Part shown: in pieces, positions 21,717-30,161 of the stretch
How positions within the stretch are numbered: the stretch's first letter is position 1
Layout of the letters: the number at the start of each line of letters is the position of its first letter
DNA from: Solirubrobacterales bacterium
Lineage (GTDB): Bacteria; Actinomycetota; Thermoleophilia; Solirubrobacterales; 70-9
Reading direction: 5' to 3'
Length of the DNA stretch: 64,000 nucleotides
Assembly: GCA_036257465.1 (NCBI GenBank)
Contig: DATAFO010000036.1
Span: 13,189-77,188 of the forward strand
The notes under the pieces: model-generated
Seen by the model: only the letters and a program-made list of their open reading frames with translations
The model's database searches: none
What the model was told of the DNA's origin: nothing
Program-made: the position numbers and the translations under genes

Positions 21717-23105
21717 CTAGTACTTTGTGTCAGCCTCCCTGACAAGGCCCTGCCAGGAGATGCGCTTGAGCTCGTAGTCCGACGGGAGGTACAGCTCGAG
21801 GTCCTCGGCAACCTCCAGCCACCGAAGCGCCGCTCTGTGATCGCCCCAGCGCGCGTTCGCGTCGGCCGATGCAAGCGACATCTCGACCACATCCGCGTGG
21901 TCGGAGCCAATCGCCGCGGCGTCGTCTCCCACGGGGGGTTCGAGGTCGGTCAGGGGGCGGTCGGCCGGGATCGCATAGCCGGCCTTGGCGGCGAGGTAAG
22001 GAGCCAGGAGGCGGCCCGCGATCTTGGCCGGGGGCCACCACAAGACGCTCCGCGCGCCGACCGATGTGGCGTTGGGGCCCTCGACTTGGGCGCGGAAATA
22101 GCGTGGGCCCCATTCGGTCAGCAACGCACCGCGCAGGACGGGGCGAAACGGCTCAGGATCCACGGCCGCTCCCGCGAGTGCCGCGATCGCGCGGGCGGCG
22201 CAGTCGGCCTGCTGGGCCGCCAGGCCACCCTGCTTGATCGGAAACCAGGTCACGTCGCCCGCCGCGTACACGTCCTCGAGGTTGAGCACGCCGCAGTAAC
22301 GGTCGACCGGGATGAAGCCGTTCACCCTAGGGATTCCAGGGATCTCCGGCGCCTCGGGACGCGGCAACGCGACGACGCGGTCGCACTCGACCGCGCCGCC
22401 CGCGCTGAGCTCCAGCCGCCCGTCTTCAAATCGCCGCGGCGTGCGGCCCGCCAGAACCTCGATCCCGGCTTGGCGCAGCAGCTCCTCCACCGCCGCGCTG
22501 GCCCGGCTGCCGAAGATCGCGAGCGGGGACTTCTCGGGGGTGACGACCTTGATCTCGACATCCCCCGCCTCAGCGTTGGCGCGGGCGCTGGTCAACAGCG
22601 CCAGCTCGTAGAGCCCTAGGGGCCAGGACGAGTGATCGGGGACGGCGAAGGCGACGCTGCGGATCGCCCCTCGCTCGAGCTCGCCCAGCACCGCGCGGAA
22701 GCCGCCCTGGTCGCGCGAGTCCCTGAAGGTGAGCGCCCCTGGAATCGCCACCAGGGATCGCGCGCCGGTGGCGATCAAGAGTGCGTCGTAGTCGAACTCC
22801 CGCGCGCCGGCCGTGCGGACGAGCCGTCGATCGGGCTCCACCGCCTCAAGAGCATCCTCGAGGAACGTCGCGTGGTGCTCGAGCGCGATCTCGCGTAGAT
22901 CGACCTCCCGCGGGGTCGAAAGCTCGAACGGCTCAGTGACTGACAGCGGCCGGTGGTGGAACGCGGGATCGGGCGCGAACAGGACCGTCGCCACACGATC
23001 GGGGCCGAACTCGCGCAGCGCCAAGAGCGCTTCGAGTGCGGCCACGCCGCCGCCTGCGATCAGGACCCTGAAGCGATCGCGATCGGCTCCCTCCGTGAGC
23101 GCCAT
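21717..23105 (-). CDS. FAD-dependent oxidoreductase, SQR/NDH-2 superfamily, lacking the SQR redox cysteines, with a C-terminal helical extension (paralogue C)
   Basis: VLIAGGGVAALEA, DVYAAGDVTWFPIKQGGLAAQQA, and WWPPAKIAGRLLAPYL. PDHSSWPLGLYE replaces the Cys motif. The tail SDHADVVEMSLASADANARWGDHRAALRWLEVAED aligns with paralogue B. Confidence 0.85.
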   Translation of the reverse strand: MALTEGADRDRFRVLIAGGGVAALEALLALREFGPDRVATVLFAPDPAFHHRPLSVTEPFELSTPREVDLREIALEHHATFLEDALEAVEPDRRLVRTAGAREFDYDALLIATGARSLVAIPGALTFRDSRDQGGFRAVLGELERGAIRSVAFAVPDHSSWPLGLYELALLTSARANAEAGDVEIKVVTPEKSPLAIFGSRASAAVEELLRQAGIEVLAGRTPRRFEDGRLELSAGGAVECDRVVALPRPEAPEIPGIPRVNGFIPVDRYCGVLNLEDVYAAGDVTWFPIKQGGLAAQQADCAARAIAALAGAAVDPEPFRPVLRGALLTEWGPRYFRAQVEGPNATSVGARSVLWWPPAKIAGRLLAPYLAAKAGYAIPADRPLTDLEPPVGDDAAAIGSDHADVVEMSLASADANARWGDHRAALRWLEVAEDLELYLPSDYELKRISWQGLVREADTKY

Positions 23106-23128
23106 CTCGACTCCGGCTCCCGGCGCGC

Positions 23129-23377
23129 TCAGAAGCCTCGGGTTTCGCGCAGGCGCTGCGCCTCGCGGAGGGACTCGTCATCCCCGCGGTCCCTCGCGGC
23201 GCGTCGGCTGCGAATCGCGTGCACGACGTAAGCGCAGGCGAGGACCGCGGCCGGGATCGTGAAGTAGAGCACCTCGCCGGGCGAGTAGACCCCCATGATC
23301 AGGCCGAAGACATAGAAGCCCAGATAGGCGAGAACGGCGAGCCACAGGATGGTCTCGAGTCGATCGTGCAGGTTCAT
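23129..23377 (-). CDS. small two-TM membrane protein, family copy 1
   Basis: MNLHDRLETILWLAVLAYLGFYVFGLIMG...IPAAVLACAYVVHAI...ESLREAQRLRETRGF. There is a purine-rich SD (gggagagggg) before ATG 23377. Homologous copies are at 42677-42798 and 54981-55166. It lies directly upstream of paralogue C. Confidence 0.6.
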   Translation of the reverse strand: MNLHDRLETILWLAVLAYLGFYVFGLIMGVYSPGEVLYFTIPAAVLACAYVVHAIRSRRAARDRGDDESLREAQRLRETRGF

Positions 23378-23556
23378 CAGCTTCCCCTCTCCCACATCTC
23401 ACCCCTCACGGTACGGTGGCAAGCAAGACCCGCCATCGGGAGAAAGTGCGAGACCAGCCTCCGTAGCCGCCACCGAGAAAGTGCGCCCAGTGGCCTCAGG
23501 CAGGCGGTCAGACATAGTTTCGAGACGGACAACGACCTCAATCGAGGGGAGCGCTC

Positions 23557-23718
23557 GTGACATTCCTCTGGTTCGTCATCTGGCTGATCGCCAACAACGT
23601 CGGTGGCAACGCGCCGCTGGAGTTCGATCCGGTCAACTTCTGGGCGGGGGCCCTGATCCTCGCGATCGCCATCGACCTCAACCGGCCCCGGCCGGAGCTG
23701 GCGCGAGAAAAGGTCTGA
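23557..23718 (+). CDS. hypothetical small membrane protein (53 aa)
   Basis: GTG start preceded by gagggga. VTFLWFVIWLIANNVGGNAPLEFDPVNFWAGALILAIAIDLNRPRPELAREKV has two hydrophobic helices. No family was recognised. Confidence 0.3.
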   Translation: MTFLWFVIWLIANNVGGNAPLEFDPVNFWAGALILAIAIDLNRPRPELAREKV

Positions 23719-23977
23719 GGGTTGAATCACCCACTCAGCTGCCGCGTCGGATCTTGGCGCGGGGACGTTCGGTGCCAACGCCTACCCGTCAGGGCTCTGC
23801 TCAGCCGACCGTCGCGCCGATTCCAGCAGGTCGCCAGAACTTGCCAACCAGGCCCAGGGCAATCTCCTCGCCAGGTCGTTCGCCGAGCAGAATCCAGCCG
23901 CCCTCGTACATCGGGAGCTGGAAATCCGACATCTCGAGCAGCCTACGCTCCCGCCTCGGCGGTTAGCCTGGGTCGCG

Positions 23978-24412
23978 ATGAAGCGTGAGGCCGCGCTCAC
24001 CGACCTCTCCCGCGACCATCATCAGGCGCTCTACCAGGCGATGCGAATGAAGCGGGCGGACGAAGCCGGCCTCAGCGAGGTCCGAGACGACGTGCTCTCG
24101 TTCTGGCGCGAGCACGGCGCGGTGCACTTCCGGATCGAGGAGGAGATCCTGCTCCCGGCCTACGCGACGGTCGGGGACCCCGCCGACGAGGCCGTCGTCC
24201 GGGTACTGGTTGATCACGTCTGGATCCGGGAGCGGATGGAGCGTCTCGAGTCGGGCGAGCTCGGCGTCCTCGAAGTGCACGAGCTCGGCGATCGGCTCGA
24301 GCGACACGTGCGCCACGAGGAGCGGGTGCTGTTTCCGCTGGTGGAGGACGCGCTCGACCCCGTGGCGCTCGCGGCTCTGGGCGAGCGAATCGCCGCCGCC
24401 GAAGCCCGCTAG
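23978..24412 (+). CDS. hemerythrin (HHE cation-binding) domain protein
   Basis: LSRDHHQAL..., HFRIEEEILLP and HVRHEERVLFPLVE give the His/Glu ligand pattern of hemerythrin-like di-iron domains. It lies 36 nt upstream of qNOR. Confidence 0.85.
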   Translation: MKREAALTDLSRDHHQALYQAMRMKRADEAGLSEVRDDVLSFWREHGAVHFRIEEEILLPAYATVGDPADEAVVRVLVDHVWIRERMERLESGELGVLEVHELGDRLERHVRHEERVLFPLVEDALDPVALAALGERIAAAEAR

Positions 24413-24448
24413 CAACCGGGCGGCTCATTTCATAGGATCGGCTCCGGG

Positions 24449-26761
24449 ATGCCGGAGGCGACCGAGCGTAGGGGACTCCTGGTTTCGAAGGCCTGGCTTC
24501 AGGTCTCGATCGTCGTCTTTCTGATCGGCTTCTTCGTCCTCGGGCTGCTCGCGTACCGCACCTACAGCGCCGACCCGCCGATCCCGGAGCGGGTGGTCGA
24601 TCCGGACGGGCAGACGCTGTTCACCGGCGACGACATCCGCGAGGGACAGCAAACGTTCCTCGACAACGGGCTCATGGAGTACGGCTCGATCTTCGGCCAC
24701 GGCGCCTATCTCGGCCCCGACTACACGTCCGACTACCTGCATCGCGCCGCGCAGTCGGTCGAGGGCCAGTACGGGGGAGCGGGCTCGGACCGGGCGCGCG
24801 AACAGACGATCGCCGACTTCCAGACGAACCGGTACGACTCCGACACCGAGACGCTCGAGTTCACCGCCGCTCAGGCGCGGGCGCATGGCGAGCTCGTCGA
24901 GCACTACAGCGAGTTCTTCGACCACCCAACGACCGAGTTCGGGCTGCGTCCCGACGCGATCTCCAACCCGGAGAAGGCCCGTGAGCTGACCGCGTTCTTC
25001 GGCTGGTCGGCCTGGGCGGCCTCAGCGCGCAGGCCGGGTCACAACTACTCCTACACCAACAACTGGCCGCCCGAGCCACTGGTCGACAACGGCCCGACCG
25101 CGAACGTGCTGCTGTGGAGCGTCGTCTCGCTCGTGGCGTTGCTGGGCGGGATCGGCCTGCTGTTCGCCGCCTTCGGGCGCTGGAACTTCCTCGGGTGGCA
25201 CGGACGCGAGCAGGCGACGCTCACCTTCCGGCGTCCGGGAGACGTCGCGCTCACCCCCGCCCAACGTGCGTGCGCCTGGTTCTTCCTCGTGATGGCCGCG
25301 CTGTTCTTGATCCAGACGATGGTGGGTGCCGCCTCGCAGCACTACCGAGCGGAGCTGGGCGACTTCTTCGGGATTGACCTCGCCGAGCTGCTCCCCTTCA
25401 ACCTCGCCCGCACGTTCCACGTCCAGCTGGCGATCTTCTTCGTCTCCACGTCCTTTCTCGCCGCTGGGATCTTCCTGGCGCCGATGATCGCTGGACGCGA
25501 GCCGCGCCGGCAGCACTGGCTTGCCTACGGCCTGCTCGCCGCGCTCGCGATCGTTGTCTTCGGCAGCCTGATCGGTGAGTTCGGCGGCATCCACGGCTGG
25601 TTCGGCGACGACGGCTCGATCTTCGGCCTCCAGGGCTTCGAATACCTGGACCTGGGCCGTTTCTGGCAGGTGCTGCTGGCCCTCGGGCTGTTCTTCTGGG
25701 CGGCGCTGATCTTCCGGGGTGTCCGCGGCCGTCTGGCCCGCGAGCACAAGGGCAACCTTCCGTGGCTGTTCTTCTTCGCCGCCCTGGCGATCCCGGCCTT
25801 TTACGCGGTCGGGCTGCTGGCGCGGTCGGGCGACAGCTTCACCGTCACCGACTTCTGGCGCTTCTGGGTCGTCCACCTCTGGGTCGAGGACTTCCTGGAG
25901 CTGTTCACGACCGTGATGGTCGCCTACATCTTCGTTCTGCTCGGAGTCGTGCGGGAGCGGGTGGCGCTCACCGTCGTCTTCCTGGACATCCTCCTGTACT
26001 CGGTTGGGGGAGTGATCGGGACCATGCATCACCTCTACTTCTCCGGAGAGCCCGCCGAGCACATGGCGCTCGGAGCGGTCTTCTCCGCCGCGGAGGTGAT
26101 CCCGCTGACGTTCCTCACGGTCGAGGCGTGGAGCTTCCTGCAGCTCGGCTCGCGGCAGGAGTCGCGCTCGGCGACTCCGTTCCCGCATCGCTGGGCAGTG
26201 ATGTTCCTGGTGGCGGTCGGGTTCTGGAACTTCCTCGGAGCCGGGATCTTCGGATTCTTGATCAACCTGCCGATCGTCTCCTACTACGAGATCGGAACGG
26301 CGCTGACCGCCAACCACGGACACGCCGCGATGATGGGGGTGTACGGAATGCTCGCGGTCGGGCTGGCGCTATTTTGCCTCCGATATCTGATCCCCGCCGA
26401 GCGCTGGCCGGACCGCGCGGCGAAGTGGAGCTTCTGGTCGCTCAACATCGGGCTCGCCTGGATGACCTTCGCGACCCTGTTCCCGCTGGGGCTGATCCAG
26501 CTGTACGAGTCAGTCGACGCAGGCTACTTCGAGGCGCGATCGCTCGAGTTCCTGACCAACGACACGAACTCGCTGATCGAGTGGATGCGATTCCCGGGCG
26601 ACATCGTGTTCATCGTCGGCGGCGTGGTGCCACTGCTCTACATCTGCTGGCTCGGCGTGCGCCATCGGGTGCGCCGCGAGACGCTCGAGGTGCCCGAGGA
26701 CATCCTGTTCACCGAGATTACGGCGCCGGCGCCCGAGGCGACCGCGGCGGTCGAGCGATGA
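24449..26761 (+). CDS. norZ: quinol-dependent nitric oxide reductase (qNOR, heme-copper oxidase superfamily)
   Basis: 770 aa. It has an N-terminal TM helix plus a periplasmic extension (GQQTFLDNGLMEYGSIFGHGAYLGPDYT). The 12-TM NorB core follows, with FWRFWVVHLWVEDFLELF, GTMHHLYF and NHGHAAMMGVYG histidine ligands. Confidence 0.93.
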   Translation: MPEATERRGLLVSKAWLQVSIVVFLIGFFVLGLLAYRTYSADPPIPERVVDPDGQTLFTGDDIREGQQTFLDNGLMEYGSIFGHGAYLGPDYTSDYLHRAAQSVEGQYGGAGSDRAREQTIADFQTNRYDSDTETLEFTAAQARAHGELVEHYSEFFDHPTTEFGLRPDAISNPEKARELTAFFGWSAWAASARRPGHNYSYTNNWPPEPLVDNGPTANVLLWSVVSLVALLGGIGLLFAAFGRWNFLGWHGREQATLTFRRPGDVALTPAQRACAWFFLVMAALFLIQTMVGAASQHYRAELGDFFGIDLAELLPFNLARTFHVQLAIFFVSTSFLAAGIFLAPMIAGREPRRQHWLAYGLLAALAIVVFGSLIGEFGGIHGWFGDDGSIFGLQGFEYLDLGRFWQVLLALGLFFWAALIFRGVRGRLAREHKGNLPWLFFFAALAIPAFYAVGLLARSGDSFTVTDFWRFWVVHLWVEDFLELFTTVMVAYIFVLLGVVRERVALTVVFLDILLYSVGGVIGTMHHLYFSGEPAEHMALGAVFSAAEVIPLTFLTVEAWSFLQLGSRQESRSATPFPHRWAVMFLVAVGFWNFLGAGIFGFLINLPIVSYYEIGTALTANHGHAAMMGVYGMLAVGLALFCLRYLIPAERWPDRAAKWSFWSLNIGLAWMTFATLFPLGLIQLYESVDAGYFEARSLEFLTNDTNSLIEWMRFPGDIVFIVGGVVPLLYICWLGVRHRVRRETLEVPEDILFTEITAPAPEATAAVER

Positions 26762-27339
26762 GCGGCGAGGCGTTGCTGATCTGCGCGTACGCGCTGTTCC
26801 TGCTCGCCGCCGCGCTGGGACTGGACCGCCTCGCGCGGCACTCACACCGCCGCAGCGAGCGCTACCGCACGGCCGGCTTTGAGTTCCGAGCGGACCTCGA
26901 CGTCTGGGAATGTCCGGAGGGTGAGTTCCTGCGCCGCATCGACACGGATCACGTCCGGCGCCTCGTGCGCTACCGCGCACGTGCCGCCGTCTGCAACGCG
27001 TGTCCCGCGAAGGCCGAGTGCACCGACTCCGACCACGGTCGCGAACTCGTGCACTCTCTTGATCCCTGGCCACATTCCGAGGCGGGCCGCTTTCACCGCG
27101 GCATCTGCGTCGTCCTGGCGGTGCTCGCCGCTCTGCTCGCGGCCGTTGGGCTTGCCCGCAGCTCCGGAGCCGCCGAGGTGCTAGCGCTTGCAACCACCCT
27201 CGCCATGTCGATCGCCTTGGCAAGCCGCCTGCTCGCCTCGTTCCGCCGCACGCCGAGCGGGTTCGCGGGTGCAGCCGTGCCCGATGCGATCGCGGCGATC
27301 CCCGAGGAGCGCTCGCCCGCGGCGCAGCTACGCCGGTAG
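26758..27339 (+). CDS. uncharacterised membrane protein with a Cys4 motif, translationally coupled to qNOR
   Basis: The ATG overlaps the qNOR stop (ATGA). The N-terminal TM is ALLICAYALFLLAAALGL. The soluble part is WECPEGEF...AAVCNACPAKAEC. Two C-terminal TMs follow. No family assigned. Confidence 0.6.
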   Translation: MSGEALLICAYALFLLAAALGLDRLARHSHRRSERYRTAGFEFRADLDVWECPEGEFLRRIDTDHVRRLVRYRARAAVCNACPAKAECTDSDHGRELVHSLDPWPHSEAGRFHRGICVVLAVLAALLAAVGLARSSGAAEVLALATTLAMSIALASRLLASFRRTPSGFAGAAVPDAIAAIPEERSPAAQLRR

Positions 27340-27440
27340 GGATAGCCCCAGCCAGACGATCACGGCCGTGGACCCAAAGACGAGGCGCCAGACCTCGTTC
27401 TCGCTCATCCGCTGGCAGCCTACGCCTCGCGCTCCAGGAC

Positions 27441-27482
27441 CATAGGATCGGCTGCGGGATGCCGGACGACACCGCGCCGTGA
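27441..27482 (+). promoter_or_regulatory. copy of the qNOR start region (26 nt, one mismatch) plus a 7-codon uORF ending in a GTGA overlap with the K+ channel start
   Basis: cataggatcggctGcgggatgccgga (27441-27466) versus cataggatcggctCcgggatgccgga (24431-24456). The uORF is atg ccg gac gac acc gcg ccg tga (27459-27482). Confidence 0.6.
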
Positions 27483-28369
27483 GCCCCGCTGGGACAGCCC
27501 TCAGCACGGCCGCCGGGGCGGCGCTCATTGCCCTCGCTCTGCTCGACGTCTTCAGGACCCTGTTCTCCGGCGCCGAGCGGCGGGCGCTCAGCCACGGGCT
27601 GATCCGCGCGACCTGGCTGGTGCTGCACCGGCTCCAGCGACCGGGGGCCTTGGCACTCGCAGGCCCACTTTCGTTCCTCGTCGTAGTCGCGAGCTGGGCG
27701 GTGATGCTCGTCGCCGGCTGGGCGCTCGTCTACTGGCCGCATATGCCCGAGGGCTTCAGCTTCGCCGAGCAGGCCGCCGAGGGCGGTTCAGATCTTCTGG
27801 ACTCGGTCTACGTGTCGCTCGTTACCCTGGCCACGCTGGGCTATGGAGACATCTCGCCTGCCGAGGGATGGCTGCGGGTGGCAGCGCCGTTGGAGTCGCT
27901 GCTCGGCCTCGGGCTGCTGACCGCGAGCGTTTCCTGGCTGCTGTCGATCTTCCCGGTGCTGTCGCGCCGTCGGGCGCTGGCGTATGAGATCTCCCTCCTG
28001 GAGGAGGTCAGGCGTGATCCGGACGACCCGGGCCCTCCGTCGCCCCTGCCCGCCAGCGTCTACGCCGACCTCACTTCGAGGCTCGTCGCCGTGGAGCGCG
28101 ATCTCGTCACGTTCCCGGTCACCTACTACTTCCACGAGACCGATACCCGGTTTGCGCTCCCAGCGGCGGTGGGGCACCTGCTGGAGCTCGCCGGCGATGC
28201 GCGACGACAGAGCGCGTCCGAAGAGGCCCACTTTCACGGCGGACTGCTGCTGCGCGCGATCGACGACTTCGCGGACAGCATTGCGGGGCGCTTTCGCCTG
28301 CCGCACACCGGTTCGACCCCGGAGGTCCTCAGGGCGTACGCCCGCGACCACGCGGCCCCCGTCGACTGA
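27479..28369 (+). CDS. two-TM potassium channel family protein with a C-terminal cytoplasmic domain
   Basis: The selectivity filter VSLVTLATLGYGDISP is flanked by TM helices. 296 aa. Confidence 0.8.
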   Translation: MSPAGTALSTAAGAALIALALLDVFRTLFSGAERRALSHGLIRATWLVLHRLQRPGALALAGPLSFLVVVASWAVMLVAGWALVYWPHMPEGFSFAEQAAEGGSDLLDSVYVSLVTLATLGYGDISPAEGWLRVAAPLESLLGLGLLTASVSWLLSIFPVLSRRRALAYEISLLEEVRRDPDDPGPPSPLPASVYADLTSRLVAVERDLVTFPVTYYFHETDTRFALPAAVGHLLELAGDARRQSASEEAHFHGGLLLRAIDDFADSIAGRFRLPHTGSTPEVLRAYARDHAAPVD

Positions 28370-28536
28370 GAGGCGCTCGAGCCTAGGCCGGACTAGCGCC
28401 CAGGGCAGGGTGGGGAAGCGCCATCACTGGGGACTGGACGACTTACCAGTCCCTGGACTGGAGGAACGTCCACTCGCGGCGATGCGGCGCGCTAAGCGGG
28501 ATTTGGTCGAGGTCGGTATGCGTGGAGAACCCAAAA

Positions 28537-29118
28537 TCAGCCCTCGAGCCCTCGCAACACTAGCGAGAGCACGTTCTCGAAGGCGGCGTCGATGTCCGGG
28601 TCCGACCACTCCCCGGCGTGCGCGGGGTTGTGAAAGCGGCCGGTGGCGTCGAAGGCTGCGCGTGCCGCGGCTCTTGGATCATCGACCCTGAAGGTGCCCT
28701 GCTCGACGCCGTCGGAGATGATCCGGGCGAGCTGGGAGACGAGCTCCTCGACGTGTGCGGTGATCACCGCGCGTGACTCTCCCGCGAGCTGCACGTAGGT
28801 CGCGAACAGCTCCGGGTCGTCGAGCGCCCGGTCGCGCTTTGACGCAACCAGCAGCTCGAACCACCGGCGCAGCCGCTCCGGCGCTGGCCTCGACTCGCCG
28901 GCGACCGCCGCCAGCGGCTCGGAGATGCCGTGGAGCCAGCGCTCCGCCACGCGGTCGCGAAGCGCCGCCTTGCTGGGGAAGTGGCGGTAGACGCTTCCGT
29001 GGCTGACGCCAAGCTCTCGGGAGATGTCGACGACTGTTGCCTTGGCCGGGCCGTACCGGCGCAGGACGTCCTCGGACGCCTCGAGGATGCGCTCGGGGGT
29101 CAGCGGGGCGTCGCCCAT
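28537..29118 (-). CDS. TetR/AcrR family transcriptional regulator
   Basis: The internal ATG (29116-29118) gives MGDAPLTPERILEASEDVLRRYGPAKATVVDISRELGVSHGSVYRHFPSKAAL, the TetR HTH signature. Confidence 0.85.
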   Translation of the reverse strand: MGDAPLTPERILEASEDVLRRYGPAKATVVDISRELGVSHGSVYRHFPSKAALRDRVAERWLHGISEPLAAVAGESRPAPERLRRWFELLVASKRDRALDDPELFATYVQLAGESRAVITAHVEELVSQLARIISDGVEQGTFRVDDPRAAARAAFDATGRFHNPAHAGEWSDPDIDAAFENVLSLVLRGLEG

Positions 29119-29128
29119 GTCTCTTCGC

Positions 29129-30124
29129 TCAGCGCTCGCTGTCCAGGATCGCCATCTGCTGATCGTCGTAGCGCTCCCCGGCGGCGGCGCCGGGCGGGAC
29201 GGCACCCTCGATCGCCGCGAGGTCCTCGTCGGAAAGCTCGACCTCGACCGCCCCGAGCGACTCGGCGAGCCGCTCACGGGTGCGCGCCCCGACCAGGGGC
29301 ACGACGTCCTCGCCTCGCGACAGCACCCAAGCGATCGCGAGTTGCGCCACGGTCGCGCCCTTTGCCTCCGCGACCGCGCGGATCACCTCGACAAGCTCGA
29401 GGTTGCGGTCGATGTTCTCTTCGCTGAACCGCGGGGCGTGGCTGCGGAAATCCCCCGGGGCGGTCTCACGGTCTCTCGACCAATGACCGCTCAGCAGACC
29501 ACGCGAAAGCACGCCGTAGGCGGTGACCCCGATTCCGAGCTCGCGGCAGGTGGGCAGGATCTCGGCCTCGATCCCGCGCGAGAGCAGGGAGTACTCGATC
29601 TGAAGATCGGAAATCGGATGCGTCTCCCGCGCCCGGCGGATCGTCTCGGCGCCCACCTCGGAGAGCCCGACGTGGCGAACGTAGCCCGCCCGGACCAGCT
29701 CGCCCATCGCCCCCACGGTCTCGGAGATCGGAACCTCCGGGTTGAAACGGCCGAGCCGGTAGATGTCCACGTAGTCGGTGCCGAGCCGGCGAAGCGAGTA
29801 GGCGAGGAAGTTCTTCACCGCCGCGGGGCGCCCGTCGACGCCCGCCCAGCCTCCCGCGGGATCGCGCAGGACGCCGAACTTGACGCTGATCACGGCCTGA
29901 TCGCGGTCGCGCTCCGAAAGCGCATCGCGAATCAGCATCTCGTTGTCGCCCATCGCGTAGTAGTCGCCCGTGTCGAGCAACGTGATCCCCGCGTCGAGCG
30001 CCGCCTGGATGGTGGCGATGCTCTCCGCCCGGTCGGCCGGGCCGTAGAGGTCGGACATCCCCATGCAGCCGAGGCCGAGGCCGGAGACGGTGAGGCCGCT
30101 CGAGCCGAGCGAGCGAGTGATCAT
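29129..30124 (-). CDS. aldo/keto reductase
   Basis: MITRSLGSSGLTVSGLGLGCMGMS, LLDTGDYY, YVDIYRLGRF, GLSEV and LVGARTRERLAESL. 331 aa. The long 659-aa ORF upstream of the ATG is antisense junk over gap. Confidence 0.9.
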   Translation of the reverse strand: MITRSLGSSGLTVSGLGLGCMGMSDLYGPADRAESIATIQAALDAGITLLDTGDYYAMGDNEMLIRDALSERDRDQAVISVKFGVLRDPAGGWAGVDGRPAAVKNFLAYSLRRLGTDYVDIYRLGRFNPEVPISETVGAMGELVRAGYVRHVGLSEVGAETIRRARETHPISDLQIEYSLLSRGIEAEILPTCRELGIGVTAYGVLSRGLLSGHWSRDRETAPGDFRSHAPRFSEENIDRNLELVEVIRAVAEAKGATVAQLAIAWVLSRGEDVVPLVGARTRERLAESLGAVEVELSDEDLAAIEGAVPPGAAAGERYDDQQMAILDSER

Positions 30125-30161
30125 GTGGTCCTCTCCCGGTAGGTAGAATCCAAGTGACGGC

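Noticed and set aside
23801-23932. 43-codon minus-strand ORF MSDFQLPMYEGGWILLGERPGEEIALGLVGKFWRPAGIGATVG*. It resembles an internal piece of SRPBCC/DUF2867-like proteins (E.VLGL.GKFW).
   Set aside because: It is too short, and the match is only a few residues from memory. It might be another gene fragment in this decaying region, but I cannot support it.
26758-27339. The CNACPAKAECTDSDHGREL motif resembles the Cys-rich C..CPL...CT segment found near the C-terminus of some IS1182/IS5-type transposases. This raised the idea of a mobile-element remnant.
   Set aside because: There is no DDE domain, terminal inverted repeats or target duplication. The protein has three TM helices and is translationally coupled to qNOR. 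I treated it as an uncharacterised membrane protein.
27328-27408. 26-codon hydrophobic minus-strand peptide MSENEVWRLVFGSTAVIVWLGLSLPA* between the qNOR-coupled gene and the K+ channel.
   Set aside because: There is no SD or conservation evidence. It overlaps the 3' end of the convergent gene. It is indistinguishable from chance at this length.
28429-28453. ggggactgg-acgactta-ccagtccc, which contains GGGACT...AGTCCC half-sites like the mycobacterial DosR box.
   Set aside because: The half-sites are 12 nt apart rather than the 4 nt of the DosR consensus as I recall it. The element also lies between two convergent gene ends (K+ channel and TetR), not in a promoter. It is more likely an mRNA 3' hairpin, but without a U-tract I did not call a terminator. 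I saw no other GGGAC-N-GTCCC palindrome in promoters by eye.
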